Shown here piece by piece: positions 50,244 to 60,203 of a stretch of DNA of 64,000 nt; the first letter of the stretch is position 1; the number at the start of each line of letters is the position of its first letter. A model generated the notes under the pieces. That model saw only the letters and a list, made by a program, of their open reading frames with translations. It searched no databases and had not been told where the DNA came from. Origin of the DNA: Thermoanaerobaculia bacterium (GTDB lineage: Bacteria; Acidobacteriota; Thermoanaerobaculia; Multivoradales; Multivoraceae); assembly GCA_963664405.1 (NCBI GenBank), contig OY761158.1:5952001-6016000 (forward strand), read 5' to 3'. The position numbers were made by a program, and so were the translations under genes.

Positions 50244-51013
50244 ACAACACCGACCAAGAGCGTGCCACAGCCCTGAAACTCCATGGCCTCCTAGCCCACT
50301 GGGATGAGGTCGCCAACCAACCCTGGCTCCCCGACCTGCTCGACTGGGAAGAGCAGGAGCGAGCCCGTCGCGGACTGGAGCGACGCCTGGGTCGGGCCCG
50401 GCTCGGCACCTTCAAGCCGCTGGCCGACTTCGACTGGAATTGGCCCAAGAAGATCGACCGCGAGCAGATCGAAGATCTCTTTCGGCTCGAGTGGCTCGCC
50501 CGAGGGCACAACGCTGTCTTGATAGGGCCAAACGGCATCGGCAAGACGCTCATTGCCAAGAATCTCGCCCATCAAGCCGTACTACGTGGAGCCACCGCCC
50601 GATTCCTCACCGCCTCGGAGCTGCTCAACACCCTCGCCGAACAAGACTCCTCGACCAGCCTTCAGCGCAAGCTCGCGCTCTTTGCGCGCCCATCCCTGCT
50701 CTGCATTGACGAGCTCGGATATCTGTCCTACGACACGCGCCACGCCGATCTACTTTTCGAGGTCGTTTCCCGCAGGTACGAAAATAAGTCCCTTCTCATC
50801 ACCACAAACAAGTCCTTTGGAGAATGGGGAGAGGTCTTCCCCAACGCTACTACCGTCGTCACCATCGTCGATCGCCTCGTCCATCGCTGCGAGCTCGTCA
50901 ACATCGAGGGCGATTCCTATCGGCTCAAGGAGTCCAAGGAGCACGCCAAGAAGCGCGCTTCGGCCCGCCGAAGCGGCACTCGCCCTCGACGGCGCAGTGC
51001 GAAGACCTCGTGA
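50240..51013 (+). CDS. istB: IS21 helper ATPase IstB
   Basis: Walker A GPNGIGKT, Walker B IDELG, TTNK, DRLVH, SYRL. Confidence 0.95.
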   Translation: MNNTDQERATALKLHGLLAHWDEVANQPWLPDLLDWEEQERARRGLERRLGRARLGTFKPLADFDWNWPKKIDREQIEDLFRLEWLARGHNAVLIGPNGIGKTLIAKNLAHQAVLRGATARFLTASELLNTLAEQDSSTSLQRKLALFARPSLLCIDELGYLSYDTRHADLLFEVVSRRYENKSLLITTNKSFGEWGEVFPNATTVVTIVDRLVHRCELVNIEGDSYRLKESKEHAKKRASARRSGTRPRRRSAKTS

Positions 51014-51363
51014 TCCGACAGGAGTATCGCGCCGAGCTCATCCGCCTCTACCTCGACGCTCCTAAAACCCCGCCTAGACCTCGGCGCCGAGACTGGGCCA
51101 TCGCCGACAAGCTCTATCAAGCCAACGTCCCCCTCGAAGAGCTTGCCCATGCCATTCGACTCGCCACCTTGCGACGGCGCCTCAGCACCGATCCGCTGCC
51201 GCAGATTCACTCACTTGCCTACTACCGCTCCGTACATCGAGCCCTGACCAACGACGAGCTCGACCCTCAATACGTCCGCTACATCCTCCTTCGGCACCGG
51301 TCCCTTCTCGAGGAGGATGAAACCAAAAGCGCCACTACACAGCCGGAATCCCGCACTTTATGA
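51010..51363 (+). CDS. Small helical protein (IS21 accessory ORF4)
   Basis: GTGA overlap with istB; Y....LRLY..P.TP.R...D..I.D.L and I.SLAY motifs shared with 62469-62825. Confidence 0.75.
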   Translation: MIRQEYRAELIRLYLDAPKTPPRPRRRDWAIADKLYQANVPLEELAHAIRLATLRRRLSTDPLPQIHSLAYYRSVHRALTNDELDPQYVRYILLRHRSLLEEDETKSATTQPESRTL

Positions 51364-52538
51364 CCGCCGATAACAGGAGGAGATGCGGGATGAGGATCCC
51401 CTGGAGGAGCGAGCGCTCGAGCAGATGCTTTGCGGGGTAAGCACTCGCAAGTTCGAGCGAAGCCTGGAGCCCCTGCCGGAGTCGGTCGAGTCGGTCGGTA
51501 CGAGCAAGTCGAGCGTGTCTCGTCGCTTCGTGGCCCGCACGCGCCGCCAAGTGGAATCGTTCCTCTCTCGCCCGCTTGGGGATCTGGACCTGCCGGTGCT
51601 GATGTTCGACGGAGTGCATATGGGCAAGCAGCTGTTGATCGTGGGGCTGGGAATCGCCAGCGATGGGACGAAACACGTGCTGGGTGTCGTGCAGGGCGCC
51701 ACGGAGAGCCACCGAGTGTGCCAGGGCCTGCTCAGGCAGCTGATCGAGCGAGGTCTTGTCGTCGAGCGTCGTCGCCTGGTGGTGATCGACGGCAGCAAGG
51801 GCCTGAGCAAGGCGATCTCGAAGACCTTCGGAGCCTGGAGCGTCATCCAGCGTTGTCGAGTCCACAAGATGAGGAACATCATGGACCACCTTCCGAAGCA
51901 CCTGCGTCCGTGGTTCCAGACCAAGATCCGCAGGGCCTGGGAGGCCGACTCACCGAAGAAGGCGGAGGCTCAGCTCCTCGCTCTCGCCCCGCGAGCTCGA
52001 GGAGCAGCACCCGGGCGCAGCCGGCTCTCTGCGCGAGGGCCTCAAGGAGACACTGACCGTGAACCGACTCGGTCTCTCGGGTGCTTTGCTTAAGACTCTG
52101 CGTTCCACCAACCCGATCGAGAACCTGAACGGCTCCCTCCAGCGTGTTGCCAAGAACGTGAAGCGCTGGCGCGGAGGCTCGATGGCATTACGATGGGCCG
52201 TCACGGCTCTCATCGAGGCCGAGCCTCGCTTTCGACGTATTCGCGGCTACCGGGATCTCCACACTCTCGAGCGGGGTCTCTCGGCTCTCATCCAACCGGA
52301 GGTGGACAAGATCGCTGTCAGTGCCTGAGAATCAAACCTGGGTCCCGTCGCTTTTCAACGACGCCTGGGACAACGCCTCTTTGCCAGCCTACCTTTTCAC
52401 CCCATGTTTTCGGGGGTCCCCAATGTGGACTATGTTCTCTCCGGCGCTAACACTTGCAGGTCGATTTGCCCCAGATCGGTGGCGAGGCAGGTACCATTGG
52501 TGGGTTCGTAGGACCCACCCCAAAGGAGGCCAATACCA

Positions 52539-52733
52539 GTGGAAAACGTTAAATTCGAAGTGGTGGATGATAACCGTTTGGTGATTCATGTTGACCTGAA
52601 CCACCGCGGCGACATCAGCGCCTCTGGAAAAACCAGAAGGGTGGCGTCGACTCAGGGTAATATCGGCGTTAAAGATGCGAATGGCGTGGAGGTCAAAATA
52701 GGGCTCAACGTTTACGTCAAACCTAACGTTTGA
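52539..52733 (+). CDS. Small hypothetical protein
   Basis: RBS aaggagg; beta-rich with SASGKT..VAST.GN..IGLNVY. Confidence 0.65.
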   Translation: MENVKFEVVDDNRLVIHVDLNHRGDISASGKTRRVASTQGNIGVKDANGVEVKIGLNVYVKPNV

Positions 52734-52743
52734 CAGCGTTCAA

Positions 52744-52965
52744 CTAACCCCTGCAAGACTCCTGACCTCCCCTGGGTGATGACCGGGTAAGGTTCCGGCC
52801 ATCACCAGGAGCGAGGTCGGGCCGGCCGTCCGAAGTGCGCGGTGGAGCTGACCGGTCCATCTCGGCGGCGGGGCTCGGTATCGCGACGAGGAGGAAGGCC
52901 AGACCCACCATCAGGACGGCGAATCCCGTCGCGGCTCTGATCCCTTTCTGCCAATGCATCAACAA
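52744..52965 (-). pseudogene. N-terminal fragment of a secreted protein
   Basis: Signal peptide plus PRTSDGRPDL, then the sequence breaks off. Confidence 0.45.
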
Positions 52966-52982
52966 CCCCCTTGCCGTTGGGC

Positions 52983-54636
52983 CTACTGCCCGTCAACCGA
53001 GAACGCAAGCAGCACGTTGCCCGTCATGTAGCTGCTGTAGCCCGAGTGCACGTAGAGCATGCCGTCGACGACGGTCGCGCCGGGGCCATTGAGCGAACCG
53101 CCCCGCGCCTTCACCCCGTTCACCGTCTCGTAGTCGCCCACGGTGTCGACATCCCAGATGATCTTGCCCGTGTCGGCGGCATAGGCCCGCAAGTGGCCGT
53201 CGAGGCTGCCCGAGAAGACGACGCCGGGAATGAGGGCCACGGCCGCCGGCTGCGCGCTGTGACATCGCTTCCGCCCGCTGCAGATCCCCTGGACCGGAGG
53301 TGCGTGCCAGACCACCTCGCCGTCGTCGACGCGCAGCGCGACAAGACCGCCCGCCGCGCCGGGCTCCTTCTCCGTGGCGTCGGAGACGGCTACGTAGACG
53401 AGCTCGCCGTCGGTGGCGAAGCCCCACTCGATGCCGCCCAAGGTGCCGCCGGCGGCGACGCGGGTCTGCCAGCGGATCTCGCCGGTGCGCGGATCGAGCC
53501 CGTGCATGAGGCCCGACTTCTGGCCGGCGATGAGGATCGGCTCTCCGCCGGAGGTCGTGGTGAGGACCGGCGAGCTGCCGAAGTCGAAGTCGGGCCCGAC
53601 GTCGGCGGGGCAGTTGGCGCGTACCGCCTCACCGGCGAGACCGCAGGCCTTGTTCCATGCGTCTCCGGCAGTCCTCTGGGTGACCCAGCGCACCGCGCCG
53701 GTGCCCATCTCGAGCGCGATCAACGCGTCGCTCTCTGGAGCCGGCGGATTGGAATAGGAGTTCCCGGTGCCGACGAAGAGGGTGTTGTTTTCGGGGTCGA
53801 GCGTCGGCGCCGACCACACCGCGGCGCGGGCCCCAGCTCCTGGTGCCGACGCGGTTGCGACCGGTAGGCTTCGGCTCTTCGGCGAAGGTGTAGGTCTTCC
53901 AGATCCGCTCGCCCGTCGCCGCGTCGAGGGCGACGACGCTGCCGCGAAAGGTGCAGCACTCGTAGCTCGGGTCGGCCGCCGTTCCCGACTCGATCGAAGA
54001 GACGCCGACGTAGAGGCGCCCGCCGAAAACAGCGGGCGCACCGGTGATCTTGGCGTCGGGATGTTTCTCGATCACCGTTCTCCAGCGCCGCTCGCCGCTG
54101 GCGAAGTCGACGGCGTAGATCGAGGCGGTATCGTCACCGAAGTAGGCGTGGAAGGCGCCTTCGGGTCCGGACGCCACCGAGATCGCCGTGCGCACGCCGC
54201 CCTCCGCCTGGTGGATCCAGTGGATGCACCCGCTCTCGGCGTCGAGCGCGGTAACGAGGCCAGTGCGGCTGCCGACCAGGATGCGGCCCCCGACCACCGT
54301 TGGCTGCGATCCCGCGCGTCCGACGCCAGGGAACCCGAACGCCCACTTCAACCTGAGCTTCGGAACGTCGTCCGCTGCGAGCCCGGCCGCTGCGGCGGGC
54401 TGGAAGCGGGTGTTCTCTAGATCGACACCCCAGCCGTTCCAGCCCGGCCCGCCAAGTGGGTCGCGGGGTATTGCCTCCGCGGCGCAGGTAGCATTCTCGG
54501 GCAGGGGCTCGAGCGACAGCTCGCTCGCGCTCCCCTCCCCATAGAGGCGCTCGCCATCGAGCACGGCCTCTTGCGCAGGGGCCACGGCCGCCAACGCCGG
54601 GACGAAGATGGCCGCGATGGGAATGCGGAGCTTCAT
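52983..54636 (-). pseudogene. PQQ-dependent dehydrogenase, polyvinyl-alcohol dehydrogenase-like, frameshifted near 53830
   Basis: WNGWG..NTRFQ, LKWAFGFPG, YECCTFRGSVVALD, AVWSAPT, GPDFDFGS, GGIEWG and GNVLLAF motifs. Confidence 0.85.
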
Positions 54637-54669
54637 TCGGCATCTCCCCTCTGAGTCATCGGCCTCTTC

Positions 54670-55410
54670 AACTTTATGAGGGCCACCTTTCTCATGGAGC
54701 ACGAACCACGCGCGGTGTCCCTGGGTGTAGTAGTCCTTGACGCGCATTGCCACCACGGCGCCGACACGAGCAAACGAGTAAAAATCATCACGCCGATCAT
54801 TGCGCGATCGCGTAAACCGACAACATGCGACGTGTCGATCGCTTCGAAGAGTTTCCGTGCATCGTCCTCAAACAGGACGGGGGTCTTGCCGACCTTGACG
54901 ACGTGCTTTGGCCCACGCACCGCGGCGGCCGGATTGAAGGGGAGCACCTGGCCCACCACGAGGTAGTCCATGAGCATCCGAATGGCGGCGAGGTTTTGTT
55001 TCACCGTCGTCGGCGATCGCCGTTGACCGAGCTCCTCGATGTAGGCGGCGATGATGATGGGCTCGAGCGTGTGGAGCTCGAGTTTCCGACTCTCACACCA
55101 CTCGAGGAATTGCGAGATCGCGCGCGCGTATGCGCGCCGCGTGTTCGGGTTGCGGATGTTGGCGGTGAAGAATTCCAGAAAGCGTCTCCACGGTCGTAGT
55201 TGCGATTCTGGACGGGATTGAAGGGGAGCACCTGACCCACCACGAGGTAGTCCATGAGCATCCGAATGGCGGCGAGATTCTGCTTCACCGTTGTCGGCGA
55301 TCGCTTGCCACCGAGCTCTTCGATGTAGGCGGCGATGATGATGGGCTCGAGCGTGTGGAGCTCGAGCTTCCGGCTCTCACACCACTCGAGGAACTGCGAG
55401 ATCGCGCTGG
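54670..55410 (-). pseudogene. XerC/D-like integrase fragments with internal duplication
   Basis: EFFTANIRNPNTRRAY, TVKQNLAAIRML, GKTPVL, LRDRA and LHEKGG motifs. 54931-55123 is repeated at 55215-55407; C-terminus absent. Confidence 0.8.
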
Positions 55411-55676
55411 CGATATAGAGACTGATAACGACGAGCACTAGGTGTCCTTCGCATGGCCGCCTTGGCCTTCGGCCTGTCCGCGCACTCGCGGTACCCAAAA
55501 AGGCGAGCGAGCAGGGTAGGGAAAGAAGCGGCCCGTCCTCGGCCTTTCTTATGACCGGCGTCAATAGACGAGACGGGATTCTCTGATAGGCTATCCTGCG
55601 TCGTAAAGTGACCACTCGAGGAGGGGTCGAATGTCAGTCTGGTTGCCTTCGAGTGGTCCAACCCAGGAGAAGGTTA

Positions 55677-58367
55677 ATGCACAGATTGATGTTAGCTCTC
55701 GGAATCTCGATTCTTCTTGCTCCTCCGCTCTTAGCCGACGGCACCCTGACCGGGACCATCCAGGGAACGATCACCAGCTCGGACGGGGAGGCGCTCCCCG
55801 GCACCAGCGTGACGCTCGGGAGCGAGCAAGGCTCCCACGACACCAGGACCGATGCCCAGGGGCAGTACCGCTTCGGTCTTCTCGCACCCGGGCCGTACAC
55901 CGTGACGGCGGAGCTCGAGGGCCTGGGGATGGCCGAGGCCGAGCTGCGGGTCGGGACTGGCCAGCGCCGCACCGTCGACCTCACGCTGCGACTCGCCACC
56001 GCCGGCGAGACCATTCAGGTCGTCTCCGAGGTGCCGCTGGTCAACAAGTACGACGTCTCGACGACGACATCGATGGCGGCCGAGGTCACCGAAACCCTCG
56101 CCTTCGCTTCGCGCAGCTGGCAGTCGGTGCTGACCTCCATGCCGGGGGTGTATCAAAACGCCCGATCCCAGTACTGGTACGACCACCGCGCGGGGGTGAA
56201 CGGCCAATCCTGGCAGGATCTTGGCGGCTTCATCGACGGCGTCGACACTTCGTTCTCCCGCCTCGGCGGCAGCTCCCAGCTGTTTTTGCCCTCCACCGTC
56301 ATATCCGAGGTGCGGATCGAGGGCTCGGGGTATACCGCAGAGTACGGCAGGGTCACCGGAGGGATCGCCAACGCGATGGTGAAGTCGGGCACCAACCGCT
56401 TCCACGGCGACTTCCGCTACATCCCCCAGAGCCAGAAGTGGCGCGCCGAGTACGACGCGGTGCCGCTCCCCCGGAACGACGAGATCCAGAACAGCTACGA
56501 GACCGCCCTCGGGGGACCGATGGCGCGGGACAAGGCGTGGTTCTTCGTCTCCTACTCCGAGGACACGGAAAACGTACTCGCCGCCACGGGTGACCAAACC
56601 CCCGTGGACAGTAGCAACCAGGGCGAAGTGGCCTTGGCGAAGCTGAACTTCCAGCCCGGCTCGAGTCACAGCTTCTACGTCATGGGAATCAACGCTCCCC
56701 ACACCTTTCGCAGCCTTTCCAACCCAAACCGCTTCGATGTCTTCTCGGTTCCGCACCAGGAGGTCGACCAGGAGCTCGCGATGGCGAACTGGAACTGGAC
56801 CGTGAGCTCCAACATGTTCCTCGAGACCCGCGCCGCCGCACACAGGGCCGTCTTCGACCGCAGCCAGCTCGTGACCAGGACCGCCGACCCGAATGCCAGC
56901 CCCGATGATACGGCGGGGAACGTCGGCGCCTACTGGGACCTGAACTCCGGCTTTCGGCGCCTGGCCATCGCCAGTCCGCTCGGCACCGGTCAGCGCTATT
57001 ATCCTCGTAATCAGGCGAACTCGGCCTTCAGCCTGTTCGCCGGCGTGCACGAGCTCAAGTTCGGAGCCGACTGGCAGGTGGTGAACTGGGAGACGCTCAA
57101 CAACGTGCCCGACCGCTACCAGGGCAGGAACTTCGACGCCAACGCACCTGGGGGGTTCGAGGTCCCCGTGCGGAAGCGGGTGTACCTGCCGTCCGCGGGG
57201 CTCATCGAGACCGAGTCAACCGCCATCGCCCTCTTCGTCCAGGACCGTCTCTCCTGGGGCGATCACTGGTCGATGACGGTGGGTCTGCGGGTGGAGGACC
57301 AGGAGCAGAAGAATGACATCGGGGACGTCGCGGCCTCCTCGACCGACCTCGCCCCCCGGCTGGCGGCGGTCTACGACGCCAGCGGCAACGGACGGCTCCT
57401 CTTCAAAGGGACGGTGGGCCGCTACTACCATCACATCGCGCAGGAGGTCGTGAACGACGAGTTCACACGAAAGCCCAACGGCGTCAACGCCTACAACGAG
57501 TTCGGGTGGAACTCTGCGACCGGGCTGTACGACATATTCCGGCGCACGCAGATACCGGCGCTCGATACCCTGATCACCGACATCAATCCCTACTACAAGG
57601 ACGAGGTCACCCTGGGCGTAGAGTGGCAGTTCTCTGACCTGTGGGCGTTCAAGGCCCGGGGCATCTTCTGGGACCATGACGACCTGATGTGGCCGAACGA
57701 CCAATTCGCCCCGGACGGCAGCGTCTTCCGGCTGGTCGCCAACTACCCGGAGGGCCAGCGCGAGTACCAGGGGCTGCAGCTCGAGCTCAACCGGAGCTTT
57801 CGCAACAACTGGGTGGTCCGGTCGAACTACACCCTGGGCCGTTCCGAAGGCAACCTGTGCTGCCGCAACGACGACGACAACCCCTTCCTCGAGGGCAAAA
57901 CGGTCGTCGATCCGGTGAGCGGCATCCCGCTGACCGCGATCAACTACTTTGGCCGCACCGGCGACGACCGCGAGCACGTGCTGAACCTCTCCGCCAGCCG
58001 CACCTTCCAGCTCGGCAACCATTCGCTGAACCTCGGCGGTTTCTTCTGGTTTCGCAGCGGCGAGTGGTGGGGTAGGACGGAGAGCACGACACTTCGCCAT
58101 CCTTCCGGGAGCAGCATCCGCTCCACCACCCGTCCCGAGCCCCGCGACGCCAACCAGATGCCCGACCTCATGTCCCTCAACATGACGCTGGGGTGGCACT
58201 TCCCCCTCGGCAGCGTGCTCGAAGGATCGCTACGGGTCGAGGCCGCGAACCTCACCAACGAGCAGGAGTCGATCAGGATCAGCACCTCCAGCGGGCGAAT
58301 AACCCCAGTTCCGACGAGCTACCAGGTGACGAGGGAGTACCGCTTCGTGGCCGGGATCCGGTTCTAG
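55677..58367 (+). CDS. TonB-dependent receptor, Oar-like
   Basis: Signal peptide, carboxypeptidase regulatory-like domain, AEYGRVTGG..KSGTNRFHG, terminal GIRF. Confidence 0.9.
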   Translation: MHRLMLALGISILLAPPLLADGTLTGTIQGTITSSDGEALPGTSVTLGSEQGSHDTRTDAQGQYRFGLLAPGPYTVTAELEGLGMAEAELRVGTGQRRTVDLTLRLATAGETIQVVSEVPLVNKYDVSTTTSMAAEVTETLAFASRSWQSVLTSMPGVYQNARSQYWYDHRAGVNGQSWQDLGGFIDGVDTSFSRLGGSSQLFLPSTVISEVRIEGSGYTAEYGRVTGGIANAMVKSGTNRFHGDFRYIPQSQKWRAEYDAVPLPRNDEIQNSYETALGGPMARDKAWFFVSYSEDTENVLAATGDQTPVDSSNQGEVALAKLNFQPGSSHSFYVMGINAPHTFRSLSNPNRFDVFSVPHQEVDQELAMANWNWTVSSNMFLETRAAAHRAVFDRSQLVTRTADPNASPDDTAGNVGAYWDLNSGFRRLAIASPLGTGQRYYPRNQANSAFSLFAGVHELKFGADWQVVNWETLNNVPDRYQGRNFDANAPGGFEVPVRKRVYLPSAGLIETESTAIALFVQDRLSWGDHWSMTVGLRVEDQEQKNDIGDVAASSTDLAPRLAAVYDASGNGRLLFKGTVGRYYHHIAQEVVNDEFTRKPNGVNAYNEFGWNSATGLYDIFRRTQIPALDTLITDINPYYKDEVTLGVEWQFSDLWAFKARGIFWDHDDLMWPNDQFAPDGSVFRLVANYPEGQREYQGLQLELNRSFRNNWVVRSNYTLGRSEGNLCCRNDDDNPFLEGKTVVDPVSGIPLTAINYFGRTGDDREHVLNLSASRTFQLGNHSLNLGGFFWFRSGEWWGRTESTTLRHPSGSSIRSTTRPEPRDANQMPDLMSLNMTLGWHFPLGSVLEGSLRVEAANLTNEQESIRISTSSGRITPVPTSYQVTREYRFVAGIRF

Positions 58368-59803
58368 GTCTTAGAGGAGCCAGCCGCCAGTCTCGAAAGG
58401 AGGACGAGAAGCTCGGGGTCTCCGAACGACTAGCGCGACCCGAGTGCGAGCGCTTCTCGCCGGTCTCGCAATCGACCGCCACCAGGCTCTCCGCAAAGAG
58501 GTTGTCGCCGAGGAGTTATTGTCAAATGTTGGGTACGGGGGCATCAGGCGGCGATGGTTGATGGATGTTCTCCGTCGACGAACTGGACTCCCCCGACAAC
58601 TTCAGCGAGATGGTGGAACCCTCTGAGTCGTCGCCATCGTTTCTCGGCACTCTGAGTGAGCTTGAAGACCATGGTGAGCATGGTCTCTCGCGACAGACAT
58701 CCCCTGGTCTTGGCAGTGCGAAGACGGACGGTGGCGAACGTCGATTCGATGGGATTGGTCGTTCGGAGATGAGGCCACTGCTGGCTGGGAAAGTCGTAGA
58801 AGGCGAGGAGCTCGTCCCGGTCTTTAGTCAGGCACTCGGCGGCTCGCGGGTACTTCGCTTCGTAGGTCTCTACGAAGGCATCGAACGCCTCATAGGCTTT
58901 CGCCCTCGTCTCCGCCTGCCAGATCTCGTGCAAGGCCTTCTTCGCCTTGGGCTGCGTCGACTTCGGCAGGGAGTTCAGGACATTCCCGGTCTTGTGCATC
59001 CAGCAACGCTGGGTGCGGGTGTCGCCGAATACCTTCGTGATCGCCTTCCAGAAGCCCAGGGCACCATCCGCGACCGCCAACTTGGGCGAGACGGCTACGC
59101 CGCGGTGCTTGAGATCCATCAAGATCTCCCGCCAAGACTGCTCGCTCTCGCGATAGCCCTCCTGAACCGCCAAGAGTCGCTTCTTGCCCGTTTCGTCAGC
59201 GCCGATCAGCACCAGGAGGCATAGCCGGGCGTCGTCGAAGCGGACGTTGCAGTAGATCCCGTCGGCCCACAGGTAGACAATCTGCTGGCGACCCAGGTCG
59301 CGCTTGGACCAGCTCTCGAATTCCTGGAGCCAGTCCTTCTTCAGCCGGCTGATCGTGGAGGCCGACAGACCCTTCGCGTTGGGCCCAAGCAGAGCGCTGA
59401 GTGCCTCACCGAAGTCGCCCGTCGAGATGCCGCGCAAGTACAGCTGTTGATGGCTGCGAGAAAGCGCATCCCGTTGGCTGCGAGCGCAGTTTCCGGGATG
59501 GAGTGAGCTGAGGGCTTCGCGACCGCGGGAAAGCTAGGCCTTCTTCAGGAAGGGCGGCATCATCCCGCCGGAACGGCGGTCCGGGTGCGTGGTCCCGGCG
59601 GCGTGTTTGCGGTCGGAAGAGATGCGTGAGTCGGTGTAGGGCTTTGCAGTGCGGGCTCTGCTCTGATAGAGCAGGCCGACCAGAGACGGCGAGAGCCCGG
59701 GAAAGCGAAGTAGAAAACGCCCCGGGCTCTGCCCCAAACCGCAGCATTAGCTGCGCTTGCAGTATGGCAGAGAGTCGGGGTCGTCGTCGAATGGGAGGCG
59801 ACG

Positions 59804-60199
59804 ATGCGACCGGACTACCGACTCTTCGACTGTGCTCGATGCCGTCGGCGTATCTCGCTGTGCTCGCACTGTGACCGTGGCCAGCGTTACTGCCGGGCTT
59901 GTGCTCTGGTGGCTCGTCGGGAATCGACTCGGGCGGCCGGCCATCGGTACCAGCGAAGCCTCCGAGGTCGGCATTGTCATGCCGCCCGTCAGGCCCGCTA
60001 CCGTCGGCGCCAGCGCGAGCGGGCAGAGAAAGTGACGCATCAGGGTACCCCAGGCGGTACTTCGGGGAGGACACTGTGTCGGATCGAGACTCCGAGGCGC
60101 GAAGTGCGCTACGACCCGAGGAATCCGCGATGCATGCAGTGTGGAGAGGCCTGCCGAGAGTTTGTGCGAACGAGCTTTCGTCGTTGCCGACGGAGATAG
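59804..60199 (+). CDS. Cys/Arg-rich putative Zn-finger protein (IS21 accessory ORF1)
   Basis: CARC-x6-CSHCDRGQRYC..C, RYQ..H..RQ..YR, KVTH, C-terminal CMQC; RBS ggagg. Confidence 0.78.
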   Translation: MRPDYRLFDCARCRRRISLCSHCDRGQRYCRACALVARRESTRAAGHRYQRSLRGRHCHAARQARYRRRQRERAEKVTHQGTPGGTSGRTLCRIETPRREVRYDPRNPRCMQCGEACREFVRTSFRRCRRR

Positions 60200-60203
60200 G
60201 GGC

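Larger units (their letters stand above)
48050..51375 (+). mobile_element. IS21-family element 1 with four ORFs (3326 bp)
   Basis: TG..CA ends; imperfect 35-bp IRs (26/35). 5-bp TSD GGAGG at 48045-48049 and 51376-51380. Confidence 0.92.
47716..52328 (+). pseudogene. IS256 B transposase (47716-48049 plus 51381-52328)
   Basis: Removing the insertion restores LPTWE-EMRDEDP; GVSTR, FDG, IDG, QRCRVH and STNPIENLN motifs; extra frameshift near 51988. Confidence 0.88.
47622..52377 (+). mobile_element. IS256 family element B, interrupted by IS21-like element 1
   Basis: IRs ggcgatgtcc..gttgaaaagtgacgg / ggcgttgtcc..gttgaaaagcgacgg. 8-bp TSD TCTTTGCC at 47614-47621 and 52378-52385. Confidence 0.9.

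Noticed and set aside
48050-59804. Guide sequence in the IS21 leaders matching the IS256 targets
   Set aside because: Only short matches were found (gtgggag in leader 1; ggaagagatgcg in leader 2 resembles the other element's target). These are expected by chance at this GC content.
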